Part shown: positions 27,970 through 39,737 of the stretch, one piece after another
Position numbering within the stretch: the stretch's first letter is position 1
Layout of the letters: each line of letters starts with the position of its first letter
Assembly (NCBI RefSeq): GCF_009914755.1
Contig: NC_060926.1
Length of the DNA stretch: 64,000 nucleotides
Origin: the human T2T-CHM13v2.0 reference genome, Homo sapiens
Strand: one strand, 5' to 3'
The notes under the pieces: generated by a model
Seen by the model: the letters and a program-made list of their open reading frames with translations, nothing else
The model's database searches: none
What the model was told of the DNA's origin: nothing
Position numbers and translations under genes: made by a program

Positions 27970-30170
27970 GCAGAGAGGGAGGAGGCTGCCAGGTGGATCC
28001 CAGAGGAAGACGAGCAGAGAGGGAGGAGGCTGCCCGGTGGATCCTGGAGGGAGACGAGCAGAGAGGGAGGAGGCTGCCCGGTGGATCCTGGAGGGAGACG
28101 AGCAGAGAGGGAGGAGGCTGCCCGGTGGATCCCAGAGGAAGACGAGCAGAGAGGGAGGAGGCTGCCCGGTGGATCCCAGAGGAAGACGAGCAGAGAGGGA
28201 GGAGGCTGCCAGGTGGATCCCAGAGGAAGACGAGCAGAGAGGGAGGAGGCTGCCCGGTGGATCCCAGAGGAAGACGAGCAGAGAGGGAGGAGGCTGCCCG
28301 GTGGATCCCAGAGGAAGACGAGCAGAGAGGGAGGAGGCTGCCCGGTGGATCCCAGAGGAAGACGAGCAGAGAGGGAGGAGGCTGCCCGGTGGATCCCAGA
28401 GGAAGACGAGCAGAGAGGGAGGAGGCTGCCCGGTGGATCCCAGAGGAAGACGAGCAGAGAGGGAGGAGGCTGCCCGGTGGATCCCAGAGGAAGACGAGCA
28501 GAGAGGGAGGAGGCTGCCAGGTGGATCCCAGAGGAAGACGAGCAGAGAGGGAGGAGGCTGCCCGGTGGATCCCAGAGGAAGACGAGCAGAGAGGGAGGAG
28601 GCTGCCAGGTGGATCCCAGAGGAAGACGAGCAGAGAGGGAGGAGGCTGCCCGGTGGATCCCAGAGGAAGACGAGCAGAGAGGGAGGAGGCTGCCAGGTGG
28701 ATCCCGGAGGAAGACGAGCAGAGAGGGAGGAGGCTGCCCGGTGGATCCTGGAGGGAGACGAGCAGAGAGGGAGGAGGCTGCCCGGTGGATCCCAGAGGAA
28801 GACGAGCAGAGAGGGAGGAGGCTGCCCGGTGGATCCCAGAGGAAGACGAGCAGAGAGGGAGGAGGCTGCCAGGTGGATCCCAGAGGAAGACGAGCAGAGA
28901 GGGAGGAGGCTGCCCGGTGGATCCCAGAGGAAGACGAGCAGAGAGGGAGGAGGCTGCCCGGTGGATCCCAGAGGAAGACGAGCAGAGAGGGAGGAGGCTG
29001 CCCGGTGGATCCTGGAGGGAGACGAGCAGAGAGGGAGGAGGCTGCCCGGTGGATCCTGGAGGGAGACGAGCAGAGAGGGAGGAGGCTGCCCGGTGGATCC
29101 CAGAGGAAGACGAGCAGAGAGGGAGGAGGCTGCCCGGTGGATCCCAGAGGAAGACGAGCAGAGAGGGAGGAGGCTGCCAGGTGGATCCCAGAGGAAGACG
29201 AGCAGAGAGGGAGGAGGCTGCCCGGTGGATCCCAGAGGAAGACGAGCAGAGAGGGAGGAGGCTGCCCGGTGGATCCCAGAGGAAGACGAGCAGAGAGGGA
29301 GGAGGCTGCCCGGTGGATCCCAGAGGAAGACGAGCAGAGAGGGAGGAGGCTGCCCGGTGGATCCCAGAGGAAGACGAGCAGAGAGGGAGGAGGCTGCCCG
29401 GTGGATCCCAGAGGAAGACGAGCAGAGAGGGAGGAGGCTGCCAGGTGGATCCCAGAGGAAGACGAGCAGAGAGGGAGGAGGCTGCCCGGTGGATCCCAGA
29501 GGAAGACGAGCAGAGAGGGAGGAGGCTGCCAGGTGGATCCCAGAGGAAGACGAGCAGAGAGGGAGGAGGCTGCCCGGTGGATCCCAGAGGAAGACGAGCA
29601 GAGAGGGAGGAGGCTGCCAGGTGGATCCCGGAGGAAGACGAGCAGAGAGGGAGGAGGCTGCCAGGTGGATCCTGGAGGGAGACCGCCAGAGTGACGAGGA
29701 TGGCCAGGTGGATCCCGGAGGGAGATGAGCAGAGAGTGAGGAGGCTGCCAGGTGGATCCCAGAGGGAGATGAGCAAAGAGTGACGAGGCTGGCCAGGTGG
29801 ATCCCGGAGAGAGACTGCCAGAGAGTGATGAGGGTGGCCAGGTGGACCCCGGAGGGAGATGAGCAAAGAGTGACGAGGCTGGCCAGGTGGATCCCGGAGA
29901 GAGACTGCCAGAGAGTGATGAGGGTGGCCAGGTGGACCCCGGAGGGAGATGAGTAGAGAGTGATAAGGCTGCTCGGTGGATCCCAGAGGGAGATGAGCAG
30001 AGAGTGATGAGGCTGCTCGGTGGATCCCAGAGGGAGATGAGCAGAGAGTGATGAGGCTGCTCGATGGATCCCAGAGGGAGATGAGCAGAGAGAGATGAGG
30101 CTGCCAGGTGGATCCTGGAGGGAGACAAGCAGAGAGTGACAAGGCTGCCGGGTGGATCCGGGAGGGAGAC
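27970..30170. repeat. 44-bp VNTR: ~39 homogeneous units (27970-29680) plus ~11 diverged 43-45-bp units
   Basis: Unit GCAGAGAGGGAGGAGGCTGCC[C/A]GGTGGATCC[CAGAGGAA/TGGAGGGA]GACGA read directly; a BamHI site in each core unit. Confidence 0.97.
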
Positions 30171-31244
30171 TGCACCCAGTGGTGTTGTCGGGAAGACGAT
30201 GGTGTCCGTGGGAGGTGACAGAGCGGGACCCTGGCGAGGATCCCTTGAGTGGATGTCACCATCGTCCAAGTGAGAGATGTGGGGGGTGGGGGTGTGTGAA
30301 CCAGGTAGTGGGACTGTAGTGGAGGTGTGTGCAGTGGCAGACAGGGTCCCAATCCAGGGGAAACCAGGGGTGGGAGGTGTGAAGGGACCCCAAGCTTCTT
30401 ATCCTGGTGGGCTGGGGATATAGAGATGGAACGTGGACAGGGGAGCAGCTCTTCAGAGGAAGGCCAGGCCTGAGGTGCTGGGATGTCCTCGGTGAGCCTC
30501 AGCCTTGTGGGTGGGACCAGGACCCTGTCACTCAGCACAGGGTTGGGGGTTAACATCCCTTCCCAATCAGAGCTCCCCCCATTTGCTTTTCTGCACATTC
30601 TTAAACAGTAGGGCCGTGAGGATGACAGGCTTTGCTTACCTGGGACAGGTCTCAGTAGTTCTTTTCCCCCTTTGTGTCTTATCTGCAGTGGACCTGAGAC
30701 TGAAGCTGTCACCAGGCCATAGTGGTTGGCCCGGCCTCTCAGGCTGCATTCACAGCAAACAGGAGAGAAGGCGGAGGGGCTCCCGCCTCCTGGCCAGGAC
30801 ATTCTGGTTGGAGTCTTGTAATGAAATCAGAAGTGACATGTCCATTCTTGGGGCCCCATAACTTGGCCAGCAAAGCTCCTCGGCATAGTAGGCCATTGAC
30901 GCATGCTTCTTGGGGACCATGGGGAGCCTCCCTAGCATGGACACACAACCTTTGGTGCCACCTTTGCCCGTCAGCCCAGCCCCCGCACCCTGCACTTCCC
31001 TCCATGTGCAGCGCAGAGCCCTCAGCCCCAGACCCCCTCGCGCTGCACTTGCTGGCATCTTCTCCTCCCCCAGCACCTGGTCTGCCTTTCTCTGCATCCC
31101 TCCTGGACCCGCCCCTGGGTGTTCTATTGACAAAGGGGTTCCCCCCCTTTCTTATGTTTTAGGGCAGTGCCGTGCACACTGTTGAGTTTGATGAGTGTTG
31201 GCTAATTTGAACTGAATTCCCAGGTGTGTTTTTTCCTTTTTCAG

Positions 31245-31321
31245 ATCAAACCAGTGGTGCATTGTGATATAAATGTGCCTTCCAAGTGGCAAACATATCA
31301 TCGTATATCTCGACATATAAA
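31245..31321 (+). CDS. DCDC2C: DCDC2C exon 3 (IKPVVHCDINVPSKWQTYHRISRHI-N)
   Basis: Acceptor ttttcctttttcag|, donor AA|gtgagt; 77 nt, phase 0 to 2, in frame. Confidence 0.9.
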
Positions 31322-33589
31322 GTGAGTATAATATTATGGGTGAAAAAATCAAACTGTGCCATAACTCCCTAAAAACAATACTTTCTATCCTGACAAATGC
31401 CCCTCAGCCCCCTTTCTGTCCCTCCTCCCCTCCCCTCCCTCTGCTCTCTTGTGCTCTCACTTCCTGACAGGTGATTTCTTTTTCCTAGACCACCTTCTCT
31501 CTGATTCAGCTGTTCATGTGCTACCTTTTCTTTCTCCTCTTGAACCCTGATTTTGGAAAAGAAAAGCAATCCAATCACCATGCCGTTGTTTGCAGAACAG
31601 TTCACCTGGGGATATGAAGATAAGAGCATCATACACACAGCTTAGTTTTAGGCTCTGAAGCTTTGTTTTGATTTTTTTTTTAATGTAGCAGTTGCAGCTG
31701 CAGCATGTTGAAGGGAAATTTAAAAGCTGTTTCCCCCGCCCCTTGACCTCTTGCTACCAAAAGGCCCTCATGGGCTACAGCACATCCAAGTCAGGTGTTG
31801 CTACAGGAACGGAGTGCATTAGAGCCTCACTGGCCGCTGCCCTGGGATGCCGCTGGCAGTGCCAGGCACCGAGGTGCTCAGTGGGAGGCACTGGGGATAG
31901 TTGTGAGCACTGTGTGCATCCACCTGCATTATGTTTTTGGGGTTGGGAAAAGACACACACTTGACTTGAACGAAACGTTGGTTTACATCCCGGCTTTTCG
32001 TCTTATCAGCTTGGGACCTGTGCCTGCTGCTTCGCTCTGAGGCTGAGGATGTCTCCCATTGTGGAAAACAGGGCTGAGAATATGCAGCACACTGTGGTGA
32101 GGGTTAGCTTCAGGAATGTTTGCAGCCAGCCCCCCAGGGCTTGTCACAGCGTAGCAGTTCTCTGAATGGCAGCTCTTCCCCCTGTCCTTTTATTGGGATG
32201 TTCTAGCATTTTAGTGATTAAAAGCCCTGACATGGATATCTTTCCATTTTACCATGTTCTAGTCTAAATGGAAGGAATTTTAGCGAGTTTCCAGAGAATG
32301 CTGAGCTCTTCATGTGGGGGTCCCAGCCTTGTGTGAGCCAGAGTCACCTCTACCACGTCCCCTCTCAGTCCCGAGAGGCAAGGGCTTGGAGGCTCATGAG
32401 GCTGGAAACTGCCTGATTCACCCGACAGATCCTCAGGCTGGGAACGAGAAAGAGGAAGGAAATGTGGCCGAGAATTCGCCAAACTTGGCCCCTTGCGCTT
32501 TTCCTGAAAATCTGTGACCATTTCTTTAAAATACTTTAAGCTTCCACAAGGGGGCCACCTAAATACACAGATCTTTCCACACCACTTTTCATGTACCTAA
32601 GAGCTGTTTTGAAATAATAAGACACAGTATTTCTGAATTTTGTTAGTGATGTCTTTCCCGCAGAACATACAGCAACCTCAGGGAACGTCGTTGGTTTGTG
32701 GGTCCTTCTTGACAAAAACGCCATCCTTAAAGCCACATTTTATGTGCGTGACCCAGGCCATCAATGATCCTCACTCACTGGACAGACATGATTATTTTTT
32801 TCAATGAGAAACCAACACAGTCTTGCAGCATTTGCCCATCCTTTGTCTTGGTGTGTTGGAATTTCCACTAGATGGACCCAAATATCCATGTGAGTGCAGA
32901 GTCCTTCCTACCACAAAAAAACCTGATCGTGTTCCTCGGAGTCCTTGTCGCTATAAAAACACATAAACAGTAGTTATGACGGCTTTCAGAGGCTTAGATG
33001 CTCAGGAGAGAAAGGCGGGGTGTGACCCTTTCTGGTGAAGAGGAGAGTTGGCGAGGGAGTGAATGGCTTGTTGAGCTGTGTTCTGCAGCAGCCAGATGCT
33101 GGAGAGAGAGCCCGGGGCTCCCCTGATGGGGTCACCGGGGGATTGAGCTGGTGGTGAGTGCATGGGTTGGAAGTCACTGATTTGGAGGTTGAGGCTCAGA
33201 TTGAAGCCCTGGTTCTGGCACTGATTGAGCCGTGTGGCCTGAGGTCACTTCTCTTGCCCAGTGTTCTCTCTGATGTCCCTTGTCACTTAGGAAGGGATTC
33301 ACTCACTCATTCCACTTATACTGGCGTGGAAAACACCCTGAGTCAGTGAATGAGCCTTGGGAGAAAAAGCGTTTAAAAGATCTTTTGTCGTTTATTTAGA
33401 AGTGAGCTGGCAAAAGTTGTCTGGGCCCTGGAGTGGTTTTACTTGGGGACTCCCTGCCCTTTACAGGGAGCCTGAGACCAGAGGGAGAGTGGGAAGAGAA
33501 GAGCCCACCCCAGGGCTCCTCTGTGGGGAGGAGGCACGTTTGTGCCAGGCAGAACTGGAGAAGAAGGGGCCATTGGTCCTGGCCCTCAT

Positions 33590-34191
33590 TGCGAGACTGA
33601 CGTCGAAGATAGACACAGCTGGACATTAGTGAAAGCGGCAAAAACAGATTTTATTTAGTAACTACTGAGAGTTGGGGAAGGAGCTGAGTTCCACTCTGAT
33701 TTGTGTGGAAGTGATTTGGGCGTTTTAAAGGGGGAATGAGATGGGAGCAAGTGGGGCCTCAGGAGAATCAGAGAAGTGGAAAAGTACAAAGAGTTGGTCA
33801 GTGAAGGTGGCCAGGCAGCTGGTCTGCAAGCTGGCAGTTCTGGAAGTTAGGATTCTGTCCTCCACCAGAGACTGGGAGACAGGCCCTGTCCTGCCTGATG
33901 CTTGCAGTTCAAGGGAAGGATCTTAGGTGTGGGAAACGTGTCTGCATGGCAAGAGCTGCATATTTGTCAATGCTCTAAGAAGGAGAGGTCAGGGGCCTAT
34001 CTCAGGTGTTGGCTGGATGAACAGTAAATGTTCCTGGCAGCCCTGGGTTTTCTCAGGTGGGTGTTTAGTGGCGGGGCTAGGGTCATCCTATGGCTGTGGC
34101 TTGATGCTGCTGGATGCATGCTAGAGTTTGGTTGTATCTCAGCGCAGGAGTTGGGACAGAGTTGTCATAGGCCAGAGTTCTGTGAAACTCA
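33590..34191 (-). mobile_element. 3' LTR of the decayed class I ERV (MER67-like, tentative)
   Basis: On the minus strand a purine tract AAGAGGAGGGAC (PPT-like) is followed by TGAG at 34191; an AATAAAA lies near 33650. The left boundary and family name are uncertain. Confidence 0.6.
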
Positions 34192-34410
34192 GTCCCTCCT
34201 CTTGTTCATGAAGACAAGCAGATCTATTCCTTGTAGAACAACCACCACCTGTCATAAGGGGGACTTGAGGAGAAGGGTCCAGCCGTTGCTTCCAGCTGCT
34301 GTGCATTCAGGAGGAGCTGAGAGACAGCCGAGGAGCACAACCCTCCCACGAGGGTGGTATGCATCAGGAGATGAAAGCGTGACCATCGGGATGGATACAA
34401 AGAAGCCAGA

Positions 34411-34545
34411 GGCCAGGCACAGTCGCTCAAGCCTGTAATCATGGCACTTTGGGAGACTGAGGCAGAAGGATCACTGGAGCCCAGGAGTTTGAGATAATCC
34501 TGGGCAACATAATGAGACCCCATCTCTTAAAAAAAAATAAAGAAA
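34411..34545 (+). mobile_element. FLAM / Alu left monomer
   Basis: GGCCAGGCACAGTCGCTCAAGCCTGTAATC...GAGACCCCATCTCTTAAAAAAAA; single monomer with A tail. Confidence 0.85.
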
Positions 34546-34651
34546 CCGAGTCCCTTAAGGAGCTCCCTAAACCATCCAGTAAGTGGAGGAAATTATTTAA
34601 AGGGAGATGCAAGTCAGTGCTTTTCTGGAGGTTGTAAGCTGTGTTAGCTAT

Positions 34652-35126
34652 TGTGTCGGATTGCCACTGCTACAGTTACTACTGTTACTGCTTGAGACCA
34701 TCATTACGACAGAACAAAGGGATGAATGTAGAAATAATAACAAAAAACAAAAGGAACTGTTTTAAGGAAAGGACCAGGGGAAGAAGAGAGCCCCCTGCTT
34801 CTAGTGAGCAAAGGCAGCCCCCGCCCCCCGAGCTTCCACAGCCCTTCCTATTTATTGGGTAGAATGAGCAGGGAGAAGGAGATAACGACTGGTCAGCTGC
34901 TTAATTGATCACAGGTTCATATTATTACTAACAGGCTTCAATTATGCCTAATCACAAGAAACACTTGCGCCTGGGTCGTGACTGCCCTCAGCAGTCCTTC
35001 TGGGTGGCGTGTGCAGTTTGTCAGTTTGCCAACATTCTGCATTTATGAGAAAGTTTGCTGCTTACTCATATAGCCTCCAGTGGTATACTGAGTTGATCAC
35101 GGCCCTCACTCTTTTGGCCTCCAACA
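34652..35126 (-). mobile_element. Solo LTR with 6-bp TSD, LTR3 (HERV-K HML-6)-like
   Basis: TG...CA ends; AGCTAT at 34646-34651 and 35127-35132. Minus strand starts TGTTGGAGGCCAAAAGAGTGAGGGCCGTGATCAACTCAGTATACCACTGGAGGCTATATGA. A 6-bp TSD is typical of class II ERVs. Confidence 0.78.
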
Positions 35127-37726
35127 AGCTATGTCTTGGGTGTGAGCCTTTGCTGTGACTGTCTCTTGACAAATTTCCTCTCGAGTGTCGTCTACAAACA
35201 GGTGGCACTGAGGACTGACTCGTGCACGAACACCTCCCTGGTTTCCAGTCAGCAGTCTGAGGCTAGTCCATTTTGTGGAGTCATTTACAAAGTTCTGACA
35301 CTTCTGGAGCTAATGATGCAGCAGCTTGTCCTAAGTGGGAGACAGAATCTTCCAGTTCTTGGGGGGCTAGCTTTGCTGATCCCCTTTGTAACCTTATAGT
35401 GTATCCGTCACCATAGGCGAGGGTGCAGTGGGAGGGACAGACCACCCTACCAGGCTGGCTCCAGGCAGCAGGTCCTTCCAGAACCCACTTAAGACGGCTT
35501 CCCATCCACTAATGCTTGGTCCACAAGTCTCAGGACCAGCAGCTGGGGCAGCACTCACGTTTCTGAGTCTCCTTTGCGAAGTTTGTCACATTTAGCCATT
35601 TGAAGGTCAGCACTGGCCACGTGACAGGAGCCCATCCACTGGCTGGAAGCATTTTCTATGTCTTATGACCACACACACAATAATGACCCTTCTGAGCATA
35701 ATTGGGTTGGTCATTGCCTGTACTGGTTGTGACAGAGGCTTGAAGAGCTAACCGGGAGTAGATCCCAAAGGGAGAAATGTAACATTAACCATCATCTTCT
35801 CACTGATTGCGCCTTTTAGTCCTGTTTAACCAGCAATTCCATTTGCCTGATCTCTTTGCCAAATAATTTCCTGTGATGCTGACATCATGGGGTGTTGAAG
35901 GAAGATGATGTCTAAAGGGAGTTTGGCCCTTACACTGAGCTCCGGTTTCATGAGAACAGAATGTGTCTTGCTACAGGGACATGGAGGATTCCCTGTGTCC
36001 CACAGACAGGCTATGTCTATTAGACTGATTTCCCATGAACTGTCGTGTTCTTGAGCTCACGAGGCCATGTCATAGTCCCAGTCTTGGGGGCCTTGAAGTT
36101 ACAGTTTGGTGCCACTTCAGAAGGGGACTGCTCTGGTTGTGTGTATGGGATGTTTCCTGTCAGGACCATATGTATGAGTATGATGAGGCCATTATGAAGG
36201 GGGTCTCAGTTTCAGGACTGAGTACGGTAGGGGGCGGTGAGTGCAAACCCAGGAATTCACCTCTTGGTCTCATCTGCTGCTTGGTGAGCCAAGAGAAGGA
36301 GAGAGTGATGACCGCACTAGGGAAGCGCAGGCAGATCGAGATGGAGGGAAACAGGGAGGGCCCAGTGGAAGGCTGGATGTGGTTCGGGGGACCGAGGAGT
36401 AGTTGATGCAATTGGGAGGAAGATACAGGAATTGTGGGAGAAGATTTAGTCTGTTAGGGAGTATGAAAAGGCAGGAGAATCTATGGGCTCTTGTTCCATG
36501 ATCTCGGAGAGAAGCCAACTGTGTCATGGCATCACCCGCTTTGTTCCACGGTTGTTGGGACAGTCGTCTGCCTCTGGCTGTCATCTGCTGCCTGAGGCTG
36601 TCAATGGAACTGTGGTTTGAGATCTCTGGTTGGAGTGCTTTCCAGTCGGAATCATATCTATGTATATATGATATAATATATATATATTTAGCCATGAGAC
36701 ATGGACAAAGGTTGAACACCTTGTAATTTGACAGCAATGAACAAAACAGCACAAGGCCTTTCTTGTGTGGGGTTCAAGGTTAGTTTCCTGATGGTGGCAT
36801 TTCCAAAATACCAGATCTCATACTTTCAAACTGTGTAAAGGCTGATCAAGGAGTTTGAGGGGAAAGGTGGCCTTAGTTTGTTGATTGTAGGACTGTGTGT
36901 ATCTAATTAACTCCTGACAGTGTCTGAGGATGTCAGACTGTGTTAAATTGGAATCTCTTGTTAGCCAGGAGGTGTAGGGCATTCTCGTGGTCTTCCTGTA
37001 GTGGTTTCAAAGGGGGGCCATTTCTGAGGAGGATGGGGTGAGGATCTGGGAGTCATAAGAAGGACAGATAACACCCATGGCCATAGACAACCCAGTTCTT
37101 CAGACAGCTTAGCCAGATTGGACTTTGGACATGTGGGCTCTTCCTGAGGTGCCTGATGACTGAGGGTGTAATGGCAATGCAGTCTTCGACTAATATATTG
37201 TATTTATAATTGCTTGTGTAATTTTGCTAGTGAAATGTGATCTTTCATTAGAAATTATAGAGAGGATACCCCAAGTGGGATAGATTACTTCCAGGAAAAT
37301 GTTGGCAACTGATGTCGTGGAGGCATTTTGGCAGTGGAACAACCTCTAACTATTTAGAAAACATGCAGATCAGTGTGGGGACATATTGGGGACATATTGG
37401 CTGCTGGGCCTCTGGTAATTGGATAAAGTGTATTTGTCAGTGAAGGAAGGGTCCAGTGTAAGCTGTTCTCCTTCCTCAGTCCATGTTTAGAATTTTCCCA
37501 AGGGTATGTTTCTGGCAGATGAAGTGAGGGACAGCTGCTTGGTCCAGCTAAAAGCTAAAGTGTTCAAGCCATTGTTTGTCCAGTATGTCCTGCATTTGTA
37601 CCTTTCTGGGATGAGTCAGGTGTAAACCACATACAGTGACTCTGGTGACAGACTTGGGTGGGCCATGTGGCTCTCTTGTGTTATTTCCTTGGGAGGCATC
37701 TTGAAGGAGTTGTTTCCTTCAAGGGA

Positions 37727-38086
37727 GGTGTCTGTTTGGGTTGTTATAACAAAATATGTGAGCCTGGGTAATTTATAAACAGCAGAAATTTTTTGCCCAC
37801 AGTTCTGGAGGCTGGGAAGTCCGAGATTGAGGTGCTAGCAGGTTTGGTGTCTGGCGAGGGGTGTTCCCTGCTGCACAGTTGTGCCTTCTTGCTGTGTCCT
37901 CACATGATGGACGGGGCAGACAAGCTCCCTGAGGCCTCTTTTATAAGGACACTAATCCCACTCGTGAACCTAAGCCCCCTCGTGATTGAATCACCTTTTA
38001 AAGGCCTCACCTCTTAATGCTTTTACACTGGGGATTTGGTTTCAACATGAACTGGGGGGTGAGGGGACACGATTCAGACTGTAGCA
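37727..38086 (-). mobile_element. MLT1-type MaLR LTR nested in the ERV pol region
   Basis: CACAGTTCTGGAGGCTGGGAAGTCCGAGATTGAGGTGCTAGCAGGTTTGGTGTCTGG...GTTTCAACATGAA; typical antisense MLT1A-like sequence. Confidence 0.8.
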
Positions 38087-39467
38087 GAGGTTGAATCATC
38101 CCACCAGGGGTCTGGGACCTTGAAGTGCGAGCCAGGGCTGTGGTCCCAAGGCCTAGAAACCACGTGGGTTCCTCAAGCGGTGGGGGAAGAGGCTTCTAGT
38201 TTGGCATATTTATTAACCCACTTATTTTCCCACGTGTCATCTGATTTCTTTATGCCGTATCCCTCAGTTTTAATAAGAGCAGTTTGCTGGGGTAATAACA
38301 GTGCCTCCAGAAGTTCTGCTATTTGACTGGGCTACCGGCTGCTGTCGTAAATCCCCCATTTCCGTGGCACACCAACATCACGTACTGCCCCAAAGGCATG
38401 GCGGCTGTCAGCGTGGATGTTTCACCTTCATTTCTTCTGTCTTCATGCAAGCCCGAGTAAATGATTCATTCAGCCACCTGGGCTGATGTAACACATGGCA
38501 GGGCTAGATAGCCAAGAGGTTTGTGCTGATTAGTGATGGCATGTCCAGCCTGGAAGGGCCCACCCTCCCTCCAGAGATAGGAGCCATCGACATAAAGAGC
38601 GAGATCTACTTAGGGCAGAGGGGTTTCTGATGAATCTAATCTAGGATGAGACAATCATCTGATGTTGGTGACACGGGTGTCACTAACATCCACTAACTAA
38701 CCACGGGTAAAGGAAGCAAGTGGAGGGGTTAAGGCTTTGATGGTGTAGTATGGTTATGTGAGGGGGAAAGCAGTAGATTTCGTAAGAGGGAAGTTTAGCC
38801 ACAGAGAAATGCTGTGTTCTCATTAAGCAGTGGGGTCTGTAGGGTCTGAACGGGATGAGGAATGTGTGTGTCTAATAGGCGACCCAGTTGCAAATGAGAC
38901 AGGCAGCCTGGACAAGACTGGTGGTTGCAGCCCTGGCTCACAGGCAGGAGACATGCCTCAAGTCCTGAGCTCGGTGAAGCTCTCGCAATCCACGTTTTTA
39001 TGTTTTGGGGAGAAGACTCCAAGACATGATCCTCTCCTTCATGCACAAGGAAGGACAAAGGCAGGGAGTAATTGGGAAGTTCAAGGTGGGGGTGAAAGTA
39101 CAGAGCCCTTCAGGTTCATGAAAGTGTCTTTAGATAGGGGGTTCCTTACTCCCGGGTCCAGGGATGACTCCCTTATCGTGGCCTAAAGAGAGGAGGCAAT
39201 TGGAGAGAAATTAGGCATCCACATCCTACCGCATCCCACAAGACCCCCACTTTCTCGCTCCCAATTGTTCGTTTGTTTCCAGGAAAGGAAAATGTTGAAG
39301 ACTAGAAACTTGGTCTGTAGAGATTGTTTTTTTCTGTGACCAAGATATCATAGCCCAGATACCAGACACACAGGATAACTGAACTTTGTGTCTAGCCACT
39401 CCACGGTCCTTTTTGCTAACACCCTAAGGAGGCATTCAGCGTGCAGAAGGGAGCTGTTGTAACTTTC

Positions 39468-39737
39468 TTTTTTTTATTTTTATTTCTTAATTTTTTAATT
39501 TTTAATTTTTTTATTATTATTATACTTTAAGTTTTAGGGTACCCGTGCACAATGTGCAGGTTTGTTACATATGTATACATGTGCCATGTTGGTGTGCTGC
39601 ACCCATTAACTCATCATTTAGCATTAGGTGTATCTCCTAAAGCTATCCCTCCCCTGCCCCCCACCCCACAACAGTCCCTGGTGTGTGATGTTCCCCTTCC
39701 TGTGTCCATGTGTTCTCATTGTTCAATTCCCACCTGA
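39468..39737 (-). mobile_element. 5'-truncated L1PA 3' end with 9-bp TSD, nested in ERV RT
   Basis: Poly(T)-rich tail plus TTATACTTTAAGTTTTAGGGTAC...CAATTCCCACCT; GTAACTTTC at 39459-39467 and 39738-39746. Confidence 0.92.

Noticed and set aside
27970-30170. CRISPR-like regular array
   Set aside because: No unique spacers, no cas genes and a eukaryotic context; it is a minisatellite.
27605-30802. Long ORFs (563-1065 aa) on both strands
   Set aside because: They arise because the 44-bp core unit has no stop codon; peptides are pure repeats and nothing indicates an exon or promoter.
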